A stretch of DNA of 64,000 nucleotides from assembly GCA_000388065.2 (NCBI GenBank), contig KB932202.1. One strand, 5' to 3'. Shown in pieces: positions 23,170 through 35,266 of this stretch. The position numbers and the translations under genes are program-made. The notes under the pieces are model-generated. The model did not search any database. It had not been told where the DNA came from and saw only the letters and a program-made list of their open reading frames with translations. Every line of letters begins with the position of its first letter. Within the stretch, counting starts at the first letter, position 1. The stretch comes from Fonticula alba ATCC 38817. Its lineage: Eukaryota; Protista; Nucleariida.

Positions 23170-26100
23170 GCCGCAGCGGCAGCGATCGAGCGCGCCATGC
23201 CCGGTGACCCAAAGGTCGGCGAGGAGGCCGCCTTGGTGGAGCGCGCCGAGGCCACGGGTGTGGCCGGAGCACCGGGAGCCAGGTGTCGCGCGGCCGCCGG
23301 GCCAGCAGGCGAGGGGCTCCCAGGCAGAGCAGCGGCCTCCAGGGCCCGAGCCACCGCCTCGTGACAGAAGGCCAGCGGGGGCGTGGGACTCAGTGCCGAG
23401 GCCGGGCCCAGGCTTGCGGCCGGCGTATTCGGCATGGGACCCTCTGCAGGCAAGCAACAAAGACATGATTAGCCGGCGACAAAGACGCACACCGTGCCAA
23501 AGAGGCTGAGGCATGCCGGAGCAGGAGAGGCGAGCAGGGACAAGACAAAGAGGGAAAGAGGGAGAAACGGAAAGGCAAAAGGAAATCCACGGACCAGGAA
23601 GCCGAACGGGGGCTGCCTTTGCCGCGGTGGCAGCCACTGCTGCTGCGGCCGGCTCGGCTGCCTGAGGGTACCCCTGCGCAACCAGCTGGAAGTGCTCCTC
23701 CAGAGATCGCATCGGGAAGGCCATTTCGGCCTCCTGCGAGCAGGGATCCTTCACCAGCAGGAGCGATTCGTCGGTGGGCGAGTGATTGGCTGGCGGGGGG
23801 GATGCAAGCAGCCGGTGATGCTGTGTGCCGGAGGCCGCCGGCAAGATCGGAGTCAAGTCCTGCGAGGTCGGCCCGGCTGCTGGGGCAGCCACGGCCCCCG
23901 GTCCGGGGCGGATGCCTGGGGCATCGTCCACCCGAGCGCGCGGTGACGGCGAGTGCGGGCTGTGGCAGAGACCAAGGCGCCGGAGGGCGGCCGATGCAAC
24001 GGTCGCCGAGGAGGGTGCGGGCGATTGGCTTGACCTCCCGGCCATGACACTTGGAGACCCCTCAGCGGGAGCGGTCAGCCGAGCGCCGGCAGGGGCCAGG
24101 GTGAAGAGAGGCGGCGAGAGCTCCACATCGACCAATGGCGTGTCCCGATCGCCGGCCTGAGTGGGGGTGGCAGGATGCGCCGGGGTCCTCGACTGCGGGG
24201 CCTGCCCGAGGAGGGGCGTCTGGCCGCTGGTCGGGGTGCCGGGCGCCAGTGGCCTGCCCCGAGGGGGTCCGGTCACCGGCTGGGTCAGATCAATCATGCT
24301 GTCCGGATCCGCGGCCGGGGCCGAGCCCGAAGGGTCAATGAGAGGTGTCGCCGCGTATGGGTCGTCCGCATGGCCGGTGGCCCGGTAGCCAGGCACCGGC
24401 GTGCGAGCCAAAACCGGCTGCGTGGCTGCTGGCGACTGGTCGGCAAAGGCGCCCCCCTGCGGAGCATGGGATGGCTGATGGTCCCCATACATGGGGACAC
24501 GGAGGAGCACTGGCTGCGTGTCGGCCGGCGAGTCGTCGGCCAGGGGGACATGCGCATGGGGGCGCCGGCCGGCCTGCCCGAGGACTGGCGTTCGGAGGAG
24601 CACCGGCTGTGTGTCGGCCGGCGAGTGATCGCCCGGACCGCCATGATGCCCGGCGACAGGCCGGCTCCCACCGGTCAGCGGCGTCCGGGGCGGAACGGGC
24701 TGCGTGTCGGCTGGCGAATGGTCGACATGGGCCGCAGGGCCGAGACCCGGCCTGCCGGATCCAAGGAGCGGCGTCCGAGACATGACCGGCTGCGTGGCGC
24801 CCAGCGACTGGTCCGCGCCCGGATGTCCGGGCTCCGGCGCCAGCATCAGGCCCACGGGCTGCGTCGACCCCGGGCTACCATCGGCTGGGGGGCCACCACT
24901 AAGCAGGGAATGTCGGTTGCCGAGGCTCACCGTGGCCGGGGTCGTAGTGAGGGTCGGATCGGCCGCCGGCTGCATGCGCACAGGCGTCAGGCAAAGGGGC
25001 GACGCAGGCAGGGTGTCATTGTCCAGGGAAGCCGGCTCGCCGGCCGTGGCAGCAGTGGCCCCGGAATCCGCATCCTCAAAGAGCCCGGTGAGATCCAGCG
25101 GCGCCTGCGAGTCAAAGAAGAGGCTGTGCACTGGCGGCAGGGTGTCCGGCTGGTCGCTGGCGGATCCGGAATCCGCGGTGAACCTGACATCGCGTGTGCA
25201 CATTCCCACGGGGGCATCAGTGTCAGTATAGGGGGGGGGAGGGGAAGCGAATGGCAGACGCAAGCTCAACTGCAAGAAGGAGAGAACCGGAAAGAAAGGG
25301 AGGGGGTGGCGGGGCAGGTGGAGGGCGAGAAGCACGCACTCGGCCGTGGCCGGAGGCGGGTCATCGGCATCAGGCCCCCGAGTGGCGTCCATGGGAATGG
25401 CCTCCTGGGCCCCGGTGCCTGGGAGCAAGTCGGTCCAATCCTCCGGGAGAGAGGCGTCAATGAACAACGGATCCACCGGCGGCTGGGTGGCAAGCGAGTC
25501 GAAGGGATCGGCGGTCGAAGGGCCGGCGGCTGGGGTCGGGGGTGAGGCCGTGGAGGGGGCCACCTCTGCGGCCTCCGCCGCCGCCGTCGTCATCGTGGCC
25601 GCCGTCGCCGGTATGGGGGGGGGTGCCGGCAAGGCGAAGATCGCCGAATCGGCCGTGGCAAAGATGGCCGGCGCCGATGGCGTCAAGGAGGATGTCAGCG
25701 AACCGGGCAGGCTGCCCTGGTCCGGCAGGGCGGACACGTCGGCCCCAGAGAGCGTGGGCGCCGGCGCCAGCGAGCCGGTCGCCGATTGGGCCAGATCGGC
25801 CAGGCGCGCCGGAGTGAGGACAATCTCGACCGTACGACCCGCGACCTCCAGCATTACCCCGCACCGGAGCTCATACCACCGGCCCGGATGCAGGAGGGCC
25901 CCATCCCGCAGGAGGGACCCCGCGCCGTGGCCGATCTGCACAAACCATGAAGGCTGGAGAAAGTCGATCTCCACCCCGGGCAGCAGATCCAGCTGGGAAA
26001 AGGAGGCAGCCGCCGGAGGCCGATCGGCAGATCCCGCAGGGAAGGCCAAGAATTGCACGGCCCCAGGAGTGCCCGCCGGCTCCGGCATGGAGGACGGGGA

Positions 26101-26439
26101 GAGCGATGACAGGGACAGGGGCCGCGGAGGGGTGGGGCCGGCGGGCGCGCGGGTCATCACCCGCAAGGCAAGGCATGGCTCGGACACCGGTGGCGGCGGG
26201 GCGCGTGCCGGCGCGCTCGCCGGGTCCCCATGGGCCGGACGCCCCGGGGCAGACCGGAGGGCTGGACCAAAGTCCCCCCCGCCAAAGAGAGGGGCCGAGT
26301 GTGGCGAGTAGCTGGAGTCGCCACCGGTGTCCAGCTCCAACGGCGGGGTGGAGGGCTCACCATCGGCCGCCGAGTGGAACCCAGCCCCGCCATCGTCGAG
26401 GTGCCCTCGCCCGGCCACCGGGAGGTGGGGCGCCAGCAT
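20844..26439 (-). CDS. MDC1/Mdb1-like DNA damage checkpoint mediator: FHA-like domain, disordered TQ/SP-rich linker, tandem BRCT, Ser-rich tail
   Basis: BRCT1: PRIAFSGL...THLVAPAPVRRTTKWLCAVARGAEIVDESWL. BRCT2: LLNGRTVFVTDCVEVPPPVELRAIVCSAGG...LPVHGVGFLLDAVVNQQ. Both align by eye with the MDC1 tandem BRCT as remembered. The N-terminal beta-rich segment is FHA-like. The exact start and last-exon frame are uncertain. Confidence 0.75.
23131..23167 (-). repeat. (GCC)n trinucleotide tract encoding poly-Ala in the MDC1-like gene
   Basis: Forward strand reads (GCG/GGC)n, translated as a poly-Ala run in ORF 22254..23453. Confidence 0.9.
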
Positions 26440-27060
26440 GCCACGGGGAGGTGCTCGGCGTCAGCCTCGGGCGAAACAGGACCTTGGGGAGGAAGAGGGA
26501 GCAGAGGAGAAGCGAGGGAGAGAGGAGGGGTGGGAGGGGGGGGGGGGGGGGGGGGCGAGGGGAAAGGGGGGGGCACGGCGGGGGTCGGCCGGGCCCCGAG
26601 CCGGCCCCCAAACCAACAAGGAACAATTTAAGCGGGAATTTAAACTAAAACAGGAAAAGGGGAAAAGGAGCAGGGAGAGAGGACACCCCACCAGAAACCG
26701 GAAACCCGTAGACCCCTGTTCCCTCTCTCCAGGACGAAATTCCCCCCGTGAAACTTCCCCCCCCCCCCCCCGGCCCCCCCCCCCCCCCCCGGGGTGGGGC
26801 AGAGGTGACAAGATTCCAGCCTGGACCGATCAGCCGGACAGCAACTGCCCACGAATGCGGCTAACGGTTTCCATTTTTAAAAAGCCCCCATGGTGCCGAT
26901 CTCCGCCCAGCAGGGCATGCCATGCCTGTCCCTCCCCCCCCCCCCCCCCACCCCCCCCCCCCCCGCTCTCACCCCCCCCCCCCCCCACCCACCCACCCCC
27001 CCCCCCCCCTCCCTCCCCCCCCCCCTCTCTCCTCCCCCCGCGAATACGCATACTTCCGTG

Positions 27061-29982
27061 ATGCAGGCGGCGACACGCAAATCCGCCGGCCATCTGCCGC
27101 TCCAACTGGAGGCGGAGCCTGGTAGCCCGGGCGCCGCGCCGCCGCAAACCCCCCATCGTCCGGGCTTCGGACCGGCAGCTCGTGGCCCCTTTTCCGGAGC
27201 CACCCCGAGCCGCTTCGTCAATGCCGCTGAGCTTGGCAACACGCTGACCATGTACACGGAGATGCCCCAGGATGAGGTGGCACTGGATGAGTTCTACGAC
27301 TACTGCATGCGCCGGCAGAGGCGTACGTTTGCCCTGGCCCATGCGCACACGCCCCGCCCGGCTGCGGCCCTGACACCCCCCAAATGTCTCTTGCAGTTCT
27401 CCAAGAGATCGATAACGCCGGTGTCCGGCACCCGCCGCAGTCCTCCGGCTTCAAATCGTGCATTCGGGCGGCCCTGACCGCCGCCCGATTCAACATCACG
27501 CCGCTAAACACATCAAGCGTCCTGCGCAATGATGACACCCTGATGGAGGCCATCCGCGCGGACCGGATCTCGCACTGGGGCCTGCGCTTGGGCTATGTCA
27601 CCAAGTGCGTCACATTTCACTTCTGGCCCATCACCCGGCGCATGTCCAGGCGCCACCCTCCCCCTGCTAACACATTCCCCCGCTCGGGCCCCGGCAGCGA
27701 TGAGAAGCTGACCTGGCTCCTGGAAAAGGAGGCTCTCCTCTTCAAGTACGTGTGCCTGCTTCGCCGCTGCCATCAACTTTTGCCATTCCCTTCCGGGGAG
27801 CATCTTGCTGACTTGTATCGGGCTTTTCCCTTCCTTCCGCTGCCAGCTTCCGTTTTGAGGAGCTCCCTGACAAGATGGCCTTCCTGCGGGATAACGAGTT
27901 CAATTTCGAAGTGGTGCGTCTTCAAGCGGGCTGGCTGGTCTTGCTGTTGATGGTGCTGCTGTTGCCTGGCAAAGCCCATTGGTTCGCCGGATGGCAAACC
28001 ATCAGGACGCCTTCCGCTCTTTCTTTGTCTTTTACGCTGACCACACCCACCCGCCTATTCTTCCTTGACGCTGTCTGGGCCATGCCCGCAGGTCAGCAAG
28101 GCTGAGCGGCAGCTCTTGGCCTCGCACCTGGCCGCCTACTCCGTCAAGGAGGAAACTCCCGTTTTCAAGGTACGTGTGTGTCTGCGTCTGTGTGTCTGTG
28201 TCTCTGTCTGTGTGTCTGTCTGTGTGTCTGTCTGTGTGTATGTGTGTGTCTGCTTTTGTCTGCCTCTCTGTGGACCTCCTCTTGTCATGATGCATGTGTC
28301 TCGTCCTGCTTGCCACCTGGTGTGCATCCTCACTCACCCCCAAACACAGGTTCCCTTCGAGCGCGTCCCGGGGCTGGTCGGCTCGCGCATGGTGGCCGTA
28401 CAGGCGGGCATTGCCTTTGTTCCAATCAACATGATTGGTGATCTGGCGGGCTTTGAGTTCCGCCAGCGCCTGCGTGCCTCGCTGCTGGCCGTGCGCCTTG
28501 CACTGCCAAGCATGGAGGATGACGTGCGTGCGGTGGCCATCGTTCGCCAGATTGTCGACGGGGCGACCGCCGCCTCGGATGCAGCGGCCAACTGGTCGGC
28601 CGACATGCTGATCCGCGCAAACCAAGTGGATTCGGTGTGTACTTTGCACATTGGCACAGTCGCGGGGCGGCTTCCTCGCCCTTCTCCTCTGCCCCTTTTT
28701 CCCCCCTCTCTCTCTCTCTCTCTCTCTTCATGCCTTCCGCCCTGCTGCCTTCCATCGACCAACCTTCACATGTGCGTCTGTTCTAATAATGCTTGCCGGG
28801 CTGCACCCCCTGTGCCCCGCTCCCTAGCTTGCGAACCACTTCCCGCCGTGCATGCGGGAAATGCACCGCCACCTGAACACCGTGCACCACATGAAACACA
28901 CAGGCCGTCGGCAGTTTGGTCTTTTCCTGAAGGTGCGCTACACTCGATCAGGCTGTCCACTTCCCCCCCCCCNNNNNNNNNNNNNNNNNCCCCCCCCCTC
29001 CCCCCTCCCTCGTCCCTTTTCTCCTGCTTGGGCCTTTCTTCCCCCTCTCCTCCATTTTCCGGCCTCTCGCTTCCCACCACAGCACATGCGCCCGGTGCTT
29101 GCTGCCATTCTGCCCCAAACTTATGCAAGTCTCCCGCCTCCTCCATTCTCGCCTCACCCGGGTGTAGGGCCTCGGCGTTCCGATGGAAGAGTCACTGGCA
29201 TATTGGAAGCGGGCCTTCGGGCCGAAGATTGCGCCAGATGCCTTTGACCGAAACTACGCCTACAACATCCGGTATGATTATGGACGCGAGGGCTCGCGCA
29301 CGCAGGCTCGGCCCTTCGGCTGCCGCAGCATCATTCTCGGGGATCCGCCAGCGCGCGGGTCTGGCCCGCATGCCATTGAGCAGCATGGCTGTCCCCTGCG
29401 GCAATCCAAGGAGCCGGAGCTCCGGCGCCTGGCGCAGAGCTACCATCTGCGCGATGCCGAAATGCCATCCCTGCTAGCTGAAGTCCAGGGGAGCCACTAT
29501 CAGTTTGCGTGCGGTCGACTGCTGCGATCGATGCGGCAGTCGCGTGCCCAGGCCACCAAGGCCCCGGGCACTGAGGCTCCACCGCCGGTGCGCTCTCTGC
29601 TTGGGGTTGGCTTGTTTGTTCGTTTGCTTTTGGCTCCTCCTCCTCCTGACGATCTTTTTCGCCCTCCTTCCCCTTCTGCCCTGATTTGCGTCCCTCATCC
29701 CCGTCTTCGCCTTTCGCTCTTGCGGTCCAGGTGGACGACGACATTCGGCCTATCAGCCACCCGAACGAGTTTGCCTCCATTTCAATGGGTATCAACCGAT
29801 CCAGTGGAGCGGCGCGCTTCTTCGCTTCGGCGCGCTTCCGCGAGGGGGCTGTCGGCGCCGATGGCGCTGCTCGCCAGGACGACGCCGGGGCCCATTCCAA
29901 ACGACACCAGACGGAGTCCGCTGCTCCGCCGGCTGCTGCAAGCAATGTCAGCATGGCGGACTTGGCCGATCTGGACCTGTGA
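27061..29982 (+). CDS. PRI2: DNA primase large subunit (multi-exon)
   Basis: Contains [73 protein letters not shown] and ISHPNEF. All four Fe-S cysteines are present. Confidence 0.95.
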
Positions 29983-30547
29983 TCCGACTGCTCAGCAAGA
30001 ACGCGACTCAGGTCGAAGAGACACACACACACACACGTTGCTTGATGCTCCTCACGAGACCGATTTTCATGGCATCCTGGCAAATGTACATCCCTATACG
30101 CTTCGTCGGACTTCGAGACAGAGACACAACATGGCTGAAGGGCTGGGGAAGAAGGATGTGCCAGTCAGCGGGCCGAAAAACATGACAGCGGGAAAGAAGG
30201 GGATGCAACGCGCGCGCGCGCACACACACACACACACAATGCGAGGACAGGGGATTTGAATGTAAATATATTTATGAAGAGGGAGGGGAAGAAGGACGGG
30301 CGCGGCACCATCTGCGTCATGAAGCAGGGGCACATCGCTTCGGGCAAGCGTAAGTACGTGCATGTGCATGTGCGTATGTACACAGGCACGGACAAACACC
30401 CAGACACTAGAGTACAAGAAGGAAGGAGAGTAAAGAGGCAGAGATGCGGGGAGGGGGAAGGGAGAGAGAGGGAGAGAGGGAAAAAGGCACACGGAGCAGC
30501 GTCTAAGGAAAATCCAAGCACCAAACAATGCGGCATCGTTTGGATAC

Positions 30548-32487
30548 TTAGCGGCTCTGGGACACGATGTTCTTCTTGCGCTCGGCCTCACGCGGGATGG
30601 AGCCGGAGCGGGAGTTCTCGCGCATGTTGTCCTCCTTGCGCTGGATGGCCTCCTTCATTTCGCGCTTCGTACGCGCAGCCGTGTGGATGGCCTTCGGGAT
30701 GTGACGGTGACTGGGACAGGGGAGAGGGAGAGAAAAACCGGAGAAGGGGGAGGGGGGGGGGAGAGAAGGAAGACTCGCAGTCAGGAAAGGGGAAAGAGAA
30801 AGCCACTGCCACTGAGGCCGGCTTCGTGGTGGAGGGGAAAGAAATGCGACATCGAACGCCCCGATTGGGCGAACAGAAGAAAAGCCGGTGAGTCGGGACA
30901 CGTACCGAGCAATCCGGCGGACCTCCGGCATGTGCTTGAAACGACCGCGCAGGGTGTCGGCGTAGTTGAGGGCGGCACGCTCGCGCGAGGACACGGGGCC
31001 GAGCTTCTCGGCCGCACGGGCCTTCCACAGGCGCAGGTTGGTGTCGTCGGAACCGGTGACAACATACTTGTTGTCCTGCGAGAAGCGCACGCAGAAGATC
31101 CTCTGCATCCGGCGGGTGTGGTAGATGTCGCGCGAATGGCCCTCATTGGCGCGGAACAGCCGGATCGAGCAATCGTACGACCCGGTGACAATCTCCTTGC
31201 CGGTGGGCGAGTAGTCGATGTCCATCACGGCCGACACATGGTCCTTCAGGATGTTGAGTGCCGAGGACATGTTGCGCATGTCGAAAGTGTAGCAATTGTG
31301 ATCCTCATTGGCCTACACACGGGGGCAGAGAGAGGGAGAGAGAGAGAGAGAGAGCATGAGTAAGACCGGGATTGGGCCGAGCAAAGGGAGAAAGGAATTG
31401 CCAGAGAACGCACGGCAGTGAAGTTGAATGCCTGCATGGGGTTCCAGGCGATGGCATTGGTCTTCATGGCCAGGGTGAGCTTGGTGAGGGGGGACTTGGT
31501 CCGGATGTCGTAGAGCATGATCATGCGGTCGGAGCCGGCGGAGGCCAGGACATGGGTCTCGGTCGGGTTGAACCGGACACAGTGCAGGGAGTCCGCGCCC
31601 CAGGAGAGGTTGAACAGGGGGTTGGAGCTGGCTGGGCGTCAGACTTGGAAGCAGATCATCAGGCGGGGGGGGGGGGGGGGGAACGGAGAGAGAAGGAGGC
31701 CGCACCGCTCGTAGTTCCAGATTTGAACGGAGCTGTTGCAAGTGGCGAAGAGCTGGTCACTGCGGTGGTAATCGATCGAGCTGGGGGAGACGTCGGAGCA
31801 GGGGACCAAACACAGGTGTCAGGCGAGATCGCGGGTAGGGGGGGGGGGCCGAAGGGAGAAAAAAAAGCAACAGCAGGCGGAGGGGGCGCACGTAAAGCCC
31901 TCGTCATCGAGCCAAACGGACTCGGCCTCCTCGGTGACGGCGGTGGCCCAGTTCTTGTTGTCATAGTCAAAGTTCCACATGCGGATGGCCTTGTCATCAC
32001 CGCAGGAGAGGATCGACCGGCCATCATTGGCCACGCACACCCCGCGCACGAAGCCCTTGTGCGCGGTATGAGACCAGACGGTCTTTTGGTTGATGAGGTT
32101 CCAGACGCGAAGCTCTTCAGGGGGGGAGGGGGGGAAGGAAGTAGAAGGGGCAGACACATGCGGGGTAAGGGCCGGGGAAAGAAACCAAGAAGGGAGAACA
32201 GCACATCAACCCCACGCACCACCATCGCCAGAGCCACTGATCATGGCGCTCAGGTGGTTCGGATGCCGGGCCATGCAGTAGACACCATCGCGGTGGCCGT
32301 CCAGGGCGGCCACGAAGGGCTTGGCGAACACACGCTCCAGCTTCGTGGCGTTCAGGGCACGCGTGTACTCCCGAGCCTGAGAGAAGGGATGCAGCTCGGG
32401 GTCCAGGTTGCGGGGAAGCCGGGGAAGGTCATTCGACCGAGGGCGGGTGGTCTGCGCCGCATCGCGCGAAAGCATACGGATCTTCAT
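30548..32487 (-). CDS. SOF1: WD40 SSU processome protein Sof1/DCAF13 (multi-exon)
   Basis: Contains RNLDPELHPFSQAREYTRALNATKLERVFAKPF, HVSAVMDIDYSPTGKEIVTGSYD, YHTRRMQRIF and a Sof1 C-terminal RHIPKAI motif. Confidence 0.97.
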
Positions 32488-32752
32488 GGCTGGAGCAGGA
32501 GGAAGCGCGTGCGAGAGGGGGAGAGGGAGAGAGAGAAACAGGAGTGGGAGAGAGAGAGAGAGAGAAGGGGGACTGGGGTGCTCTCGGCTTTCGATGGCCT
32601 GCCAGATGGGTGGCCCTTCTTTGTTGAGCAGCGGAAAGGGAGCCCGCCTGAGGCGGCAACCCAGCCAGGAGCCCAGCGTCCGGGAATGGCGTCTTACGCG
32701 GGGGGGGGGGGGGGATGGGGGGAGAGCAACGCGGTCCCATGGCCAGAATCGT

Positions 32753-32816
<64 letters not shown>

Positions 32817-33551
32817 CGAGACGGGGCGGGGCGGCGATGGCGCCCCGAGTCGCACCAGTACGATTGCCTCGGATTCCCCCTCATTGTTCCCTGCCCAGCG
32901 CCCCTTCCTAGCCCCGCCCCCCCCCCCCCGTGGGGATGGCCGATGGGGCCTCGTGTGTGAACGCGAGGCAGAATCATGTGACCGCATCCCCATGCGGTTT
33001 GCTGATCGATCCCCAAGCGCAAGGGCGGGGGGGGGGCACCGCAGGGGACGTGAGTGTGTGTGTGTGGCCCCTTTTGGGTGCCCTGGCGCGGCCTGTGGGA
33101 GACACACTCTGCCCGGCGGCCCTTGCCCCGTCCTCCGCCGGACAAGACACACAAGGGTCCGGCCTGCGGGCGGGGCAGCCCGTCCGCTCCGGGGCCGTGG
33201 AATTGGATGCCATTGGCCGGCCCATGCGTTTGCACCGCGCGGCATATCCCCCCCCCCCCCCCCCGCGCGCACACGCACGCGCACGCGGACCCAGGCTGGT
33301 GTACTGGCACGGGGGCCCCTTTTCGGCCACCATCCTCAAAAGGGCCTCGCTCAGGCCGGCCCCTCACAGAGCCATCCCCCACTCCCACCGTTGTTGTTGT
33401 TTTTTTTTTCCCCGCTCCCCCCTTCCCCCCCCTCCCCCTTCCCGCTCCCTGAGCCTTTTCCCCCCTCCCCTCCTTTTTTTCGGCCAAACACCTCCTCTGG
33501 CGCACCGCCCGAGAGAGAGAGAAACACAGAGAGACAGTCTCCTTCCACAAA

Positions 33552-35232
33552 ATGGGTGTCGGTAAGCTTCAGGAGCGCGCCAAGTCCCGCGCCTTCGGCG
33601 GCGTCCGCAGCAAGCAGCCGCACAATGCCCTCGCCGGCAAGGAGAAGGGCGCCAACTTCTACCAGAAGGATGCCAAGCTCAAGCGCCTGAAGGTGCGCGA
33701 TGCGCCCCACACCCACACACCCTCGCCATTTTCGCTCGCCCGCGCATCATTGCTTTTCGTTTGGTATCTTCTTCGCCCTTCCCCTCCCCCCCCCATTCCC
33801 CCTCTTCCTCCTCTGCCCAAGTGCTCACCATCCTCTCTCTCTCTCTATCGGCCCACTCCACATAATAGATGTACAAGGAGGGCAAGCCCGTGCGCGACCG
33901 TATGGGCAATGTCATCCGCGAGGCCTCCTTCCAGTCGTCCGATACCCCGGCCGGCCGGATTCAGCCCGACCGTCGCTGGTTCGGTGTGTCTTGACCTTCA
34001 TGCACTGGGCACCCACCTGACGCACTTCTCCCATGCTGACCTCCCTTTCTCCCCCCCCCCCCCCCCCCTGCCCTCCTTCGTCTGCTCCTCCCTCCCCACT
34101 AGGCAACACCCGCGTCATTGACCAGAAGCAGCTGGAGAACTTCCGCGAGGAGATCTCCCAGAAGGTGAACGACCCGTACCAGGTCCTGCTGCGCCAGCAC
34201 AAGCTCCCCATGAGCCTGCTCGTGGAGAACACCACCGAGTCCAAGATGCGCCTCCTGGACGTGGAGAAGTACAGCACCACCTTCGGGCCGAAGGCCCTTC
34301 GCAAGCGCCCCAAGCTTGCGACCAGCACCCTGGAGGAGATGTTCCGCCAGGCCGAGACCAAGGAGGAGAGCTACGAGTCCGAGAAGGACCAGGACCTGAA
34401 GAACGCCACCATGCAGCTGGAGCCGCGCGATCTGGTTCAGGACCCGATCTTCTCCAAGGGCCAGTCCAAGCGCATTTGGGGCGAGCTGTACAAGGTGATC
34501 GACTCGTCGGACGTCCTGATTCAGGTGCTGGATGCGCGCAACCCCCCTGGCACCCGGTGCTACCACGCCGAGGAGTACATCAAGCGCGAGAAGCCCCACA
34601 AGCATGTGGTCTTCGTGCTGAACAAGTGTGACCTGATCCCAACCTGGGTGACCGTGCGTCTGCTTGTCGGCTGGGACATGCCGGCGCGGTGACTATTTTG
34701 CATCTGCCCCTCTTTTTGGCACCTGGTGTTTGCTCTTTCCCCCCTCCCTGCCTTCGGCCTCGTTTCTGACTTTCTACCTTTTTTTTCCGCCTCTCTCCCC
34801 CCCCCCCTTCACCCTCCATCCTTTGGCTTTCCGTGCGATGTAGGCCCGCTGGATTAAGGTCCTCTCGCGCGAGTACCCCACCCTGGCCTTCCACGCGTCC
34901 ATCAACAACTCCTACGGCAAGGGCTCGCTGATCCAGCTCCTGCGCCAGTTTGGCAAGCTCCACGGCGACATGAAGCAGATTTCGGTCGGCTTTATCGGCT
35001 ACCCGAATGTGGGCAAGAGCTCCATCATCAACACCCTGAAGAAGAAGGCCGTCTGCAAGGTGGCCCCGATTCCGGGCGAGACCAAGGTGCGTGGTTGCGT
35101 CCTGGTGGTGGCATGGGGCACAGCGAGAAAGGGGGAAAGGGCTCGCCCGTCACTCTCCTTTCCCGACTCTTGGCCGGTGATTGACATGCCTTCCTTCTCT
35201 TTCCCCCTCCCTCTGGGTCCCCTTTTGTGATT

Positions 35233-35266
<34 letters not shown>

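Noticed and set aside
29260-29292. PRI2 YNIRYDYG in place of the usual YNIRHxYG
   Set aside because: It is a single substitution with all four Fe-S cysteines and the other motifs intact, so there is not enough to claim altered function.
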